Positions 30,569 through 43,802 of a DNA stretch of 64,000 nt are shown in pieces. A program made the position numbers and the translations under genes. How positions within the stretch are numbered: position 1 is the stretch's first letter; each line of letters opens with the position of its first letter. Under the pieces are notes generated by a model. The model made no database searches. It worked only from the letters and a program-made list of their open reading frames with translations, and had not been told where the DNA came from. The DNA is from Eledone cirrhosa (Eukaryota): positions 9,486,001 to 9,550,000 of the forward strand of contig OZ024749.1 in assembly GCA_964016885.1 (NCBI GenBank). The letters run 5' to 3'.

Positions 30569-30764
30569 TGATTATTGTTTCATTTATCTTGCTTTATGTT
30601 CACACGAGTCATCACCAAGTCACAACCAGTGACCTCAACAGACAACAAGATCTGCCATGTTCAAGAAAAAATACACACACACACACGTGTCTTTAGGTGT
30701 TTACACTTGTGATACACTTATTATTATTATTATTATTATTATTGGTCTGTGTTCTTATTTATGG

Positions 30765-31360
30765 TCTGTGTTCAAATCCTGTCGAGGTTAACTTTGCCTT
30801 TCATCCTTATGGGGTCGATAAAATAAAGTACCAGTAATGTACTGAGTAATTGCTGGCCTTGTGCCAAAAGTAGAAACAATTATTATTATTGTGAGGGCAG
30901 TGAAATGGCAGTAGTGGTAGAGGGTCGGACGCCTTGCTTTGATGCATAGAGTTACGGCCCTTGCCATTCTGAGTTCAAATCCCGCCGAGGTTAACTTTGC
31001 CTTTCATCCTTACGGGGTCGATAAAATAAAGTACCAGTAATGTACTGGGTAATTGCTGGCCTTGTGCCAATAGTAGAAACAATTATTATTATTATTATTA
31101 TTACCATTGTCATCAACACCATCCTCGTTACTATCATTATTGCTGGATTGACAGTATCAGTAGAGCGTCGAACACCATGCTTTGCAGCATAGAGTTACGG
31201 CCCTTTACATTCTGAGTTCAAATCCCGCTGAGGTTAGCTTCACCTATCACCCTTACAGGATCGATAGAATAAAGCACCAGTAATGCACTGGGGTTGGTTT
31301 TAATTGACTTTCCCCTTACTTTCAAATTGCTGGCCTTGTGCCTAAATCAGAAACCATTGT
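30765..31360 (+). mobile_element. Three tandem SINE-A copies
   Basis: B-box, core and tail repeated at ~30765, ~30893 and ~31143. Confidence 0.85.
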
Positions 31361-31369
31361 TGTTATTGT

Positions 31370-31675
31370 CACTATTATCATCATCCTCATCATTACCATC
31401 ACCACCATCACACCCATCATCATCATCATCCTCATCATTACCATCACCACCATCACACCCATCATCACCACCATCATCATCATCATCATTACCACCATCA
31501 CACCCATCATCACCACCATCATCATCATCACCATCATCATCCTCATCATTACCATCACCACCATCACACCCATCATCATCATCATCATTACCATCACCAC
31601 CATCACACCCATCATCATCATCATCATCATCATTACCACCACCACCATCACACCCATCATCATCATCTTCATTAT
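31370..31675. repeat. Cryptic (CAT/CAC)n low-complexity repeat
   Basis: CATCATCATTACCATCACCACCATCACACC units. Confidence 0.85.
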
Positions 31676-31840
31676 CTGACCTACCAATCAGTATTCAATT
31701 GCCATTACTTCCTTACCCGCTTTTATAATTAATTTAAATTAGAATTATTAATAATTCTATTTTTCTTTTTTTAACATTTAGTTAATATTTTATTTATTCA
31801 TTTATTTATATATTTTACAGTAGTTTCCAAAAGCAGAGAA

Positions 31841-31871
<31 letters not shown>

Positions 31872-31962
31872 CGTGTAACATTGATGGGTTAGAGAATATA
31901 TATATATAGATATATACATACATATATATATAAAGATACATTTATATATACATGTATGTGTG

Positions 31963-31994
<32 letters not shown>

Positions 31995-32176
31995 ACTGTT
32001 TCTACTTTTGGCACAAGGCCAGCAATTATCCCAGTGTATTACTGGTACTTTATTTTATCGACCCCTTAATGATGAAAGGCAAAGTTAACCTCGGCGGGTT
32101 TTGAACTCAGTCCGTAAAGGGACGTAACTGTGCTGCAAAGCTTGGCGTCAGACCCGCTACCGATACTGCCAATCCA
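31995..32176 (-). mobile_element. SINE-A
   Basis: Near full-length reverse-complement copy. Confidence 0.85.
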
Positions 32177-32269
32177 CATATATAACGAAGGAGTTGTGGT
32201 TAGGAACCAGATGGACGGTAACGCACCAGAGTACTCAATACTTAGGGTAATAGAGTGGGTAATAGCAAT

Positions 32270-32386
32270 ATGTATGACCCCGATGGCAGAGCTCAAGCCG
32301 TTTCGACGGCTTGAGCTCTGCCGTCGGGGTCATACATTTTCCTATATATATATATATATATATATATAGGAAAATGTATGACCCCG

Positions 32387-32387
<1 letters not shown>
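32270..32387. repeat. 32-bp-stem hairpin plus overlapping second inverted repeat
   Basis: 32270-32301 pairs with 32306-32337 (TTCG loop, one G-T); 32324-32342 is inverted again at 32369-32387 across (TA)n. Confidence 0.92.
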
Positions 32388-32424
<37 letters not shown>

Positions 32425-33094
32425 ATGTATATGTATATATATATATATAACTATCAACTACATTCTTCTTTCTTTTTTTTTTTTTGTCAAATTTTGAAAA
32501 AATAAGATTAAAATAAATTATAAATGTTAAAAACCAAAAGAGAAATTTAAGTATATTCAGTATAACCTTAACTTTTAAATTACTTTCCATTTCTTTATCT
32601 CATTTTAAAACTAGTTATAAAATATATTACTTGATATATTTTATGATATTTTATTTTCTCCTTCCATACCACCACCCTGCCCCCATCAAACCCCACTGCA
32701 CCCCCCCCCCCCCCCCTCATGCCTTATTTCTGAAATGCCATTAAAATATTACTGAAAAGAAGAATATTGAGATATGATCAATTAAATTATACAGCCTGAA
32801 ATATAAATTCAATTATTGATTCCAATAGCAGTATTGATATTGATACAAACCATTCTGTTTGCTGGAGTAAAGAATTAATTGCACAGATCATTTAGATAAA
32901 ATTACATTGGCTTTGCTTCTTTTTTTTTTCTTCTTAATAATTGTCAGCTAATTTTTGATTTTATATTCAGATTTAAGAAGAAACAGATTTCAATTGAATA
33001 ATCATATTCCAAATTGTAAAAATGATGATGATAAGTAATAACAACAATAACAACATGATAATAAAAATAATTGTTTCTACTTTAGGCACATGCA

Positions 33095-33101
33095 TATATA
33101 T

Positions 33102-33145
<44 letters not shown>

Positions 33146-33384
33146 ATACACACACAGAGATATATAGAGAGAGAGAAAACGGACATAAAATAATAATAAT
33201 GATGATAATGATATGTCCATTTTCCATACTGACAAATATATATATATATATATATATATAAATGCATGTATGTATGCATGTATGCATATATATATATATA
33301 TGTATGCCTACATATATGTATGTATATATGTATATATATGTATGCATGCATGTATGCATATATATATGTATGCCTACATATATG

Positions 33385-33415
<31 letters not shown>

Positions 33416-33512
33416 ATATGTATATATATATGTATATATATATGTATGTATGTATATATATATGTATGTATGTATATATATGTATGTATGTATGTATATA
33501 TATGTATGTATG

Positions 33513-33543
<31 letters not shown>

Positions 33544-33612
33544 ATATATATATATATGTATGTATATATATATATATGTATGTATATATATATATATATG
33601 TATGTATATATG

Positions 33613-33643
<31 letters not shown>

Positions 33644-33668
33644 ATATATATATATGTATGTATATATG

Positions 33669-33699
<31 letters not shown>

Positions 33700-33810
33700 A
33701 TATATATATATGCATGCATGTATGTATTTATGTATGTATGCATGCATGCATGCATGTATTTATGTATGTATGTATTTATATATACATACATGTATATATT
33801 CATGTATGTA
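33095..33810. repeat. (TA)n/(TATG)n compound microsatellite
   Basis: Direct inspection. Confidence 0.95.
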
Positions 33811-34221
33811 TAAAAAAAACTATGAAAACCTTTCAAAGTAGTTTTCTAAAACTGTATTAAAGTCATGTAGCCTGCTAATTTATAAACAATAGATAACATT
33901 TTACAAAAGACATTTTTTTGGCAAATTTACGACTATTTTTTTATATAGTTTAATATATTATTTTACATATTTTTTTTTAATCTTGAGATTTTATCAGAAT
34001 ATGAAATGTTCAATGTATTGAATAGCAAGATTCTATTTGATGTCAATCATTTATAGAAAAGTGTTACATTTTATTTGAATGAGGAACAATTTCCATATTT
34101 GAATATATATATATATATATAAATATATATGTATATATATAAATATATATAAATATATATATGTGTGTGTGTGTATACATATATACATACATATATATAT
34201 ATATATCATCATCATTCATCA

Positions 34222-34548
34222 TTTCATTTTACGTCCGCTTTTCCCTGCTTGCAAGGGTGGGACGGGAACTGATTCTGGCTTGATTTCTACAGCTGGATGC
34301 CCTTCCTAACACCAACCTCATTTACAGTGAGTGCTGGGTGCTTTTTTGCCATGGCACCTCCACGACCACTTTGCAGTGGAATGATATGGACCCCAGTCCT
34401 ATCATCTCATTTCTACAGCTGAGTAAACTGGAGCAATGTGAAATAAAGTGTCTTGCTCAAGGAAACAACACATCACCCGGTCTGAGAATTGAACTCACAA
34501 CCTTTCGATTGCAAGCCCAATGCTCTGACCACTAAGCCATGTGCCTCC
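34222..34548 (-). mobile_element. SINE-B: tRNA head, CORE-like body, RTE-derived tail
   Basis: Minus strand GGCTTAGTGG A-box, GAGTTCAATTC B-box, CCTTGAGCAAGACACTT body, tail matching RTE 3' ends in this window. Confidence 0.85.
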
Positions 34549-34618
34549 ATCATATATACATATATACATATATATATATATATACATATACATACATATA
34601 TATACATATATATATATA

Positions 34619-35196
34619 CTAGCAGTGGTACCCGGCGTTGCACGGGATAAGGTATTTTGGAACGCGGGCCGCCAACAGACCTAATCGTGGAAAAACTTCA
34701 TGCCTGGACAATATGTAAAGAAAATAAACCGAATACTCTGATGGCTGGATAATCTAAGATTTTCCTCGATGAAGCAGGAAAAAGGCAGGTTTTCACCTAA
34801 TGCGAGCCCTAGGGGATCAAGAAAATGAATTTTTTATATGTGCATAATATGCCTTGAAATCTCTGGAAAATCGGCTAGATGTAACGCCTCAAAAAAGCCC
34901 TAAAAAGCTGAAAAAAAATGAAGTTTTTCACCTAATGCGGGCCCTAGGCCATAAAAAAGTTGGATTTTCTTTGCTCACGGTATGAAGAAGAGACTGACTA
35001 ATACATAGTTACAATTTCTAGGAAATCGGTCTGACGTAACACCTCAAAAAAAACCTAAAAAGCTGGAAAAAACGCAGTTTTTCACCTAATGCAGGCCCTA
35101 GGGGATCAAAAAGTTGAATTTTATGTGCATAACACTCCCTAAAATATAAGTAATACACATGTAAAGTTTGAAAAAGGTCGGTTGGATACTTCTCGG

Positions 35197-35240
<44 letters not shown>

Positions 35241-35848
35241 TACATGGTGGCTGCCAACTCGTTTTCGAGTACGGCCACTACTTTATATCCATGTAGGAGA
35301 ACCCCTACCGATGCGCTGAACGAGTGTGACTTTTTAGTCCAGCCAGCGACTTGAAAACTCTGGTACAAACACTACACTTGTGACTATTATTGACACATAG
35401 TGCTGGGCCCATGATACCATGTGACGACAAGTGCAGAGAGATCTCCAGATATAAAGCAATGCCTGTGCCGTAAAGCTTTTATAGTGAGCAAAGGCACTGC
35501 ACAAAGCCAGTCCCACTCTCTTAACCAAGATGATATTTACCAAAAAGAAGAACAAGTCAACATCATTGGATACCATCAGGTTTGCAGGTGTTATATCAGA
35601 GTTTTCCTTCTCCTAAAATTCTGCCTTGTCGGGTCATTGGCGACTAAACTGGCAACCCCACCAAGGTTTCTTGGTGAGGAGGGTGACTTTGGACATCCTG
35701 CAGGACGAAAAACAAAACCTGTCAAAGGGCAAAGGAGCTCTTAAGAGTCAATGGCCATCCAAAATTACCAGGAGAGATGACATACATACATACATACATA
35801 CATACATACATACATCCTTCTTCAGTTTTATATATATACATATATAGA
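34619..35848 (-). mobile_element. Non-autonomous Helitron-like element with nested insertion
   Basis: Minus strand begins A|TCTATATA and ends CCCGTGCAACGCCGGG hairpin + CTAG|T; internal thrice-repeated TTTCACCTAATGC..GCCCTAGG; (CATA)n tract split by 35245-35780. Confidence 0.75.
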
Positions 35849-35849
35849 T

Positions 35850-36272
35850 TAAAATAACAGATTAAAGTTTAAGCAAAGAATCGGGATCTTCTGAAACTAA
35901 AAACATCAATCTGTGAACGCAGAAGTAAATATTTCGAAAAATGTTGCAACCGAAGGAAAACAGGAAGAGGATACTTTGGTTCGTGAAGGCGTTCCCTGGT
36001 AATGAACAGAAAATAGCGAACATAATACGCCATCAATGTTCGTCAGAATGTCGTAATGCTGACAGCCAGGCATACAGACAGATATTATAAGAGCGCGACG
36101 GAGATGGATAACCGGCGCCTAACACCCCTTTAACAACAGAAAAGCTGCAGTTAATATCTTTAGACTGCAAGGAATATATAAATGCAAGTTTGAAGTCAGA
36201 GTAGAAATGTGGATTTGTATAGACTTTGCAAAAATGAGGACACACAGACAACATCAGTTTTATATATATAGA
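35850..36272 (-). mobile_element. Second Helitron-like 5' fragment
   Basis: Minus strand A|TCTATATATATAAAACTGA start resembles the start of the adjacent element; no 3' end found. Confidence 0.5.
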
Positions 36273-36285
36273 TACATATATATAC

Positions 36286-36330
<45 letters not shown>

Positions 36331-36354
36331 CATACGTATACATATATACATATA

Positions 36355-36915
36355 GCATGGTAGGGGGGGTGTTCCGAGGCCATAGTATCTAGAATAAGGA
36401 CGGGTTGGAAGAAGTTTAGGGAGCTGCTTCCTTTGCTGATGAAGAAGGGTTTCTCCCTGCATACGAAAGGCCGGTTATATGATGCCTGTGTGAGGAGCGC
36501 GATGATGCATGGTAGTGAGACATGGGCAGCAACTGCAGAGGATATGCGACGGCTGGAGAGAAATGAGGCAAGCATGCTCCATTGGATGTGCAGTGTCAAT
36601 GTGCGTGAACGACCCAGCATGAATGTGTTGAGAGAGAAACTGTCTGAGAGGGATAGAATGTAGTGTACGGGTGAGGAGACTGTGATGCGCATGGAGGATG
36701 AACGATGGGTGAGGAAATGCCAGTTGAAGGAAGACGTGGTAGAGGTAGACCACGAAAAACATGGGCGGAGGTGGTGAGAACAGACCTGAGATCGTTGAAG
36801 CTCATGGTGGAGATGACGAAGGACCGTGACAAGTGGAGAGATGCTGTGCTGAATAAGACCCGTCCCACCCTTGCAAGCAGAGAAGAGCGGACGTAAAATT
36901 ATGATGATGATGATG
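36355..36915 (+). pseudogene. RTE LINE 3' fragment
   Basis: [38 protein letters not shown]; (ATG)n tail. Confidence 0.9.
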
Positions 36916-36951
36916 ATATATATATATATACGTATTATTATATATATATAT

Positions 36952-37142
36952 GGCGCGGTGGATTGGCAGTATCGGTAGAGGGTCGGACGCCATGCTTTCC
37001 AGCATAGTTAAGTCCCTTTACGATCTGAGTTCAAATCCCGCCGAGGTTGACTTTGCCTTTCATCCTTGCGGGGTCGATAAAATAAAGTACCAGTAATGCA
37101 CTGGGTAATTGCTGGCCTTGTGCCTAAAGTAGAAACAATTAT

Positions 37143-37143
<1 letters not shown>
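36952..37143 (+). mobile_element. Full-length SINE-A
   Basis: TGGCAGTATCGG A-box-like, GAGTTCAAATCC B-box, core and tail. Confidence 0.88.
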
Positions 37144-37178
<35 letters not shown>

Positions 37179-37182
37179 TATA

Positions 37183-37670
37183 GTGACGAAACATAAGTCA
37201 ATTGAATGAACTCATAATCCTTTATTTACTGCTATATATATTTCCATGATAGCCATTGAATAGCTTTGACCTCATCAGGCAGTTAGTCAGTTCATAGATA
37301 TGCCAGCTCTGTGTTTATGGTGTTGATGGTATCAGAGCCTTGGGACATATGAGCTTGTTAGGAATAATTTAATGTTGTCAGCAGGAATAGTCTTAATTCT
37401 CATTGGTAAGTTTGTAGATGCTAGTAGGGTTGGTATTTGACCTCAAAGAGGCAGGTGGTGTTGTAAAGTTGAAACCTTCAGGCAAGATGACAATAGTTCC
37501 ATATGACTGATTTTCACAAAAAGCATTCCTGGTCAGATATATATTCAATTGAGGTTTATAGTATGAAATTGGATACTACAGGTCATTCTTAAATTGAGGA
37601 ATTTATGTGGAGTGGTGCTACTGTAAATTATGTTTAGAGTAGAATACTAGAAAACTTACATATAAAAAGA
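37183..37670 (-). mobile_element. Decayed Penelope-like 3' end
   Basis: YKPQLN remnant (37541-37560, compare FKPKLN at the end of the 50106 ORF), followed by a hammerhead motif, AATAAA and (TA)n. Confidence 0.5.
37228..37283 (-). ncRNA. Type I hammerhead ribozyme motif
   Basis: ACUGC-CUGAUGA-[imperfect stem II]-GAAA-UAUAUA-UA-GCAGU; 5-bp stem I, palindromic stem III. Confidence 0.65.
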
Positions 37671-38297
37671 CTTATGTTGGTTGACTTGCACATACACTCA
37701 CACCCACCCTCACAGACACACACACACACACACACACATCCACACATACAAATTGAGGAATTAATGTGTGGTGGTAATACTGAAAATTATGGTTAGTCAA
37801 ATACTGAGAAAGTTTAGAAATTTTAGAAATAAAAAGACTTATGTTGGTTGACATACACTCACACCTACCCCCGCAGACACACACACACATCTACACACAC
37901 AAATCCATGCAGGTGTGTATATATATATGTATGTACGCACAAGTGCATATATATATATATACCACAGAGGCCCCCAAATCCAAGTATAAGGCAGACATAA
38001 AACTAGGTGGGTGTTATTTTTTAAGAAAAGTAAAGTGGGTGTTTGGAAAAGTTATTGTTTAGACTAGACAAAGGTAGAGTGTGATATATATCTTCACAGC
38101 AATAGCTTGGGGGCTTTGGAGCTTAGGCGAATCCCTTAGTACAGACATATATACCCACCCACACTTTTATACCTCTGGATGCGTGTGTATGTCTATATAC
38201 ACATGTGCACTCATACAAGAGAGCATATACAAATATACTCTTAAGTATACACTCGAACATATACGTATATATATATATATACATATATATATACATA

Positions 38298-38335
<38 letters not shown>

Positions 38336-38577
38336 TATTTAGAAACACACAGATACATGCGGACACACACATATATACATGAATGCATCCGCACCCAACT
38401 GTGAGTTAAGGGTGCCAACTTCACCGATGTTGCTCAATGAATGACCGGGACAGACCAATTCAGTTTGAACCAGACTGAACCAGTATCAGAGTTAAAAATA
38501 CATTATGTATATATGTATATACATATATATATATACACATATATATATATACATATCATCATCATCATCATCATCAT

Positions 38578-38896
38578 CATTTTACGTCCGCTTTTCCCTG
38601 CTTGCAAGACGGGAACTGATTCTGGCTTGATTTCTACAGCTGGATGCCCTTCCTGACACCAACCTCATTTACAGTGAGTGCTGGGTGCTTTTTTTTCCGT
38701 GGCACCTCCACGACCGCTTTGCAGTGGAATGATAGGGACCCCAGTCCCTATCATCTCATTTCTACAGCTGAGTAAACTGGAGCAATGTGAAATAAAGTGT
38801 CTTGCTCAAGGAAACAACACATCACCCGGTCTGAGAATTGAACTCACAACCTTTCGATTGCAAGGCCAATGCTCTAACCACTAAGCCATGTGCCTC

Positions 38897-38897
<1 letters not shown>
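38578..38897 (-). mobile_element. SINE-B
   Basis: Near-identical to 34222-34548. Confidence 0.88.
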
Positions 38898-39896
<999 letters not shown>

Positions 39897-39897
<1 letters not shown>

Positions 39898-40228
39898 AGC
39901 ACGTGGCTTAGTGGTTAGAGCATTGGCCTTGCAATTGAAAGGTTGTGAGTTCAATTCTCAGACCGGGTGATGTGTTGTGTCCTTGAGCAAGACACTTTAT
40001 TTCACATTGCTCCAGTTTACTCAGCTGTAGAAATGAGATGATAGGGACTGGGGGTCCCTATCATTCCACTGCAAAGTGGTCGTGGTGGTGCCACGGCAAA
40101 AAAGCACCCAGCACTCACTGTAAATGGGGTTGGTGTTAGGAAGGGCATCCAGCTGTAGAAATCAAGCCAGAATCAGTTCCCGTCCCACCCTTCCAAGCAG
40201 GGAAAAGTGGACGTAAAATGATGATGAT
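39897..40228 (+). mobile_element. SINE-B
   Basis: A and B boxes; 3' ~45 nt almost identical to the RTE end at 39462-39510. Confidence 0.9.
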
Positions 40229-40283
40229 ACATATATATATATATATACATATATATATACATATCATCATCATCATCATCATC

Positions 40284-40615
40284 AACGTTTAACGTCCGTG
40301 TTCCACGCTTGCATGGGTTTGGACGGGGGTAGTCCCACTTGAGGCAAGAGTGATTGTCTTGCTCGCATAGGACTGTCTGGCAGGTTTTCTACAGTTGGAT
40401 GCCCTTCCTAACACCAACCACATTTACAGTGTGGGTCTGGGAGGTTTTTACCGTGTTGCCTACACGGCCACATTACAGCGTGGACTGTGTGTTTTTTTGT
40501 CGTGACACCTACACGATCTCATTTGTTTCGGCCTGGATGGCGCGGCACCAACATAACTTTACATAGAACGGGGTGGTGTGGATGGGGTGGGGGTGGCAGC
40601 GGGAGGGGTGTATTT
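40284..40615 (-). mobile_element. RTE-dependent short non-autonomous element (family C)
   Basis: Shared with 56925-57135 and 62855-63200; carries GGTGTTAGGAAGGGCATCC and an RTE-like GGACGTTAAAC(GAT)n end. Confidence 0.7.
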
Positions 40616-40617
40616 TG

Positions 40618-41588
40618 TTAGAGATGCCTACTGGCAAGGCGGGTCTTCTCTGTTACTGAGTACCGCCAAAGGTCACGGTCCAGTGACATTGTCTTGGAGA
40701 GGTGTAAGTGTGTGAGGTCGGAGTTCATCAGCTCATCCCATGTTTTTCTAGGTCTGCCTATTCCGTGGCTACCGTCTATCTTTATTGCCCTGCACTTTGT
40801 AATACAGCTATCGACTTTCATGCGCATCACGTGTCCATACCAACGCAGCCTTCTCTCGAGTAAACAACATCTGATCCCTCTTATCTCTAATTTTTTCCTT
40901 AGTTCGTTTATGCTTTGCCGTTCACGTATATTACTGTTACACATCCAGCGGAGCATGCAAGCTTCGTTCCTCTCTAGTCTGCGTATATCCTCTGCACACA
41001 ATGCCCAGGTCTCACTACCATGCAACATTGCTGTTCGTATGCAGGCATCGTACAACCTGCCTTTCATTTTTAGGGAGAACCCTTTAGCAGCTAATAGTGG
41101 TATAAGCTCTCTGAACTTTTTCCAACCAGTTCTGACTCTAGCTACAGTACTTTCAGAGCACCCTCCCCCGCTGCTGATTTTATCGCCCAGGTAACGGAAG
41201 CTGTCCACTATTTCTATAGAACCCTCTGCGCAATTGAAAGAGCTAGTATTTTGTGGGCACTTGCTGCTACTTATTGCACCAGAACACCGGCCACATGTAA
41301 AGTCTATGTTCTTAGTTAGCTTACCACTACATCTTTTATGCACCCATACTTTGCATTTAGGACATAAGATGGAGTTTCTACCTACGCCTTTCCTACATAC
41401 CGAGCACGACCATTTCCCAGAAGGGACCGCCGCCTTGTTTTCTTTCCTACAAACTAGAACTTTGGTCTTAGCCAGGTTAATTTTAAGTCCTTTTGACTCT
41501 AGGCCGTGCTTCCATGTTTGGAATTTCTTCTCTAGCTCGGCCATTGATTCCGCTATGAGTGTCAGGTCGTCTGCGTATAGGAGTTCAC
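40618..41588 (-). pseudogene. 5'-truncated RTE LINE, open frame from YADD to the stop, with PHD-like finger inside the RT
   Basis: [61 protein letters not shown]. Confidence 0.92.
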
Positions 41589-41589
41589 A

Positions 41590-41707
<118 letters not shown>

Positions 41708-41794
41708 CACATATATATATATACACATACATATCTATATATATATATACATACATATCTATATATATATATACATACATATATATACATATAT

Positions 41795-42452
41795 AATGGA
41801 AAATTTGAACAGGAACAAAACAGAGAGGCAGTACAACGAATGTTTATTAATTTCACGCTCTTGAGAGTGGGGTGGTGGTGGGGAACGACGTTTCGGGCAT
41901 AAGCCCTTCTTCAGGTGAAAAGTGTATGGGAAGAGAGTTCAAAGGGTGTGTGGGGGAGTGGTGGAGAGACACATAGCAAAAAGGGGGTGGGAGGAAACGG
42001 TGGAAATAAAAATAAAAATAAAAGCATGATCAAAATAAAATTAAACTGGGGTAAAACAGGTGGTGGAAGGGTGTTGGCGTGTAGGGGTGGTGGCGGGTGG
42101 AGTGGGGAGAGGGAGACGGGGTGTCCGAGCGGGGAGGGCTGAAGGTAGTGTGTGTGTGTGTGTGTGTGTGTATGTGAAAGCAAGGGTTGGGGGAAGAACG
42201 GGGTTGCATGTTCAGGAGGAGGTGTGTGTGGGGTGGGGTGTAGGTCGGAGTTTGTGTGCGTGTTTGGATAGAGGGGTGGGGGGAGAGGAATCCGGATGCT
42301 GAATGTGTAAATATGTGGTGGGACGCACGTGTGTGTGTGTGGTGTTTAAGCGTGTTGTGGGTGTAGGTGGCGTGTGGGAAAAAAAAATGTTTTGGGGTGT
42401 GTGTGTGGGTGAGTCGTAAAGGTGATTCCGTAAGAAGATGTGGTAGAATGGT
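41795..42452 (-). mobile_element. Non-coding Penelope-like pseudo-LTR or retrozyme-like fragment
   Basis: Hammerhead followed by AATAAA (41843-41848) and (TA)n; (TA)n on both flanks. Confidence 0.55.
41885..41916 (-). ncRNA. Minimal type I hammerhead ribozyme motif
   Basis: AC-CUGAAGA-A-GGGC-UUAU-GCCC-GAAAC-GUC-GU. Confidence 0.8.
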
Positions 42453-42453
42453 T

Positions 42454-42510
<57 letters not shown>

Positions 42511-42536
42511 ATGTAATAAACAACATAAGGCAATTA

Positions 42537-42596
42537 TTCCATTTACCAGTGGTTTCTTAAAAGCAAAAGGTTTTGCTTTCAATCCTCAGAACGGAA
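42537..42596 (-). ncRNA. Type I hammerhead ribozyme (left arm)
   Basis: UUCCGUU-CUGAGGA-UUGAAAGCAAA-ACCU-UUUGCUUUUAA-GAAACC-ACU-GGUA-AAUGGAA. Confidence 0.85.
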
Positions 42597-42942
42597 AAAT
42601 CCTGGTTTGTTTATTGAATTTGGATTACAAACAAAAATGCAATCTATATGAAAGTGAGGCTGGAGAAGGGAGAAGGAAAGGAAAAATAAAATAAAATAAA
42701 ACTACGCATGCAAACACACACACAAAAAAAACCAAAAGCATACTTACACACACATACATATATACATATATATATATGTACGCATACATATATACATATA
42801 CACATATATATAAAACGTACACTTACATACACAAACACATATATACACACATATACACATACAAACATTAATACATACACACACGCGCACACACACACAC
42901 ACACACACACACGCATATCCACGCACATATATATATATGTAC

Positions 42943-42975
<33 letters not shown>

Positions 42976-43413
42976 CACACATACACATACACACCCATGT
43001 GTGTGTACAAGCATACACATACACAAACATAGCCATACACACACACATATATATACACATACATACATTCACACAAACATACAAAGCGTACATACATACA
43101 CATACATGAATGCACTCCTCTACATATTCACACACGCAAATAAATATAAGAAAATATATATATATATATATTTTTTTTCTTATATTTATTTGCGTGTGTG
43201 AATATGTAGAGGAGTGCATTCATGTATGTGTATGTATGTACGTTTTGTATGTTTGTGTGAATGTATGTATGTGTATATATATGTGTGTGTGTATGGCTAT
43301 GTTTGTGTATGTGTATGCTTGTACACACACGTGTATGTGTGTGTATGTGTATGTGTGTATATGTATATATATGTATATATATATATGTACATATATATAT
43401 ATGTGTGTGGATA

Positions 43414-43462
<49 letters not shown>

Positions 43463-43742
43463 GTGTATATGTATTAATGTTTGTATATGTGTGTATATAT
43501 GTGTTTGTGTATGTAAGTGTACGTTTTATATATATGTGTATATGTATATATGTATGCGTACATATATATATATGTATATATGTATGTGTGTGTAAGTATG
43601 CTTTTGGGTTTTTTTGTGTGTGTGTTTGCATGCGTAGTTTTATTTTATTTTATTTTTCCTTTCCTTCTCCCTTCTCCAGCCTCACTTTCATATAGATTGC
43701 ATTTTTGTTTGTAATCCAAATTCAATAAACAAACCAGGATTT

Positions 43743-43802
43743 TTCCGTTCTGAGGATTGAAAGCAAAACCTTTTGCTTTTAAGAAACCACCGGTAAATGG
43801 AA
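43743..43802 (+). ncRNA. Type I hammerhead ribozyme (right arm)
   Basis: 7-bp stem I UUCCGUU/AAUGGAA, CUGAGGA core, 11-bp stem II, GAAA, stem III ACC/GGU, predicted cleavage after GUA at 43795. Confidence 0.85.

Noticed and set aside
31294-31728. Ser/Pro-rich 144-aa ORF
   Set aside because: Produced by a CAT/CAC low-complexity repeat next to a SINE tail
36015-36050. CTGACGA (minus) with an adjacent hairpin
   Set aside because: Lacks the GAAA and cleavage-site half of the core
36952-37045. tRNA gene
   Set aside because: A/B boxes belong to SINE heads; no complete cloverleaf
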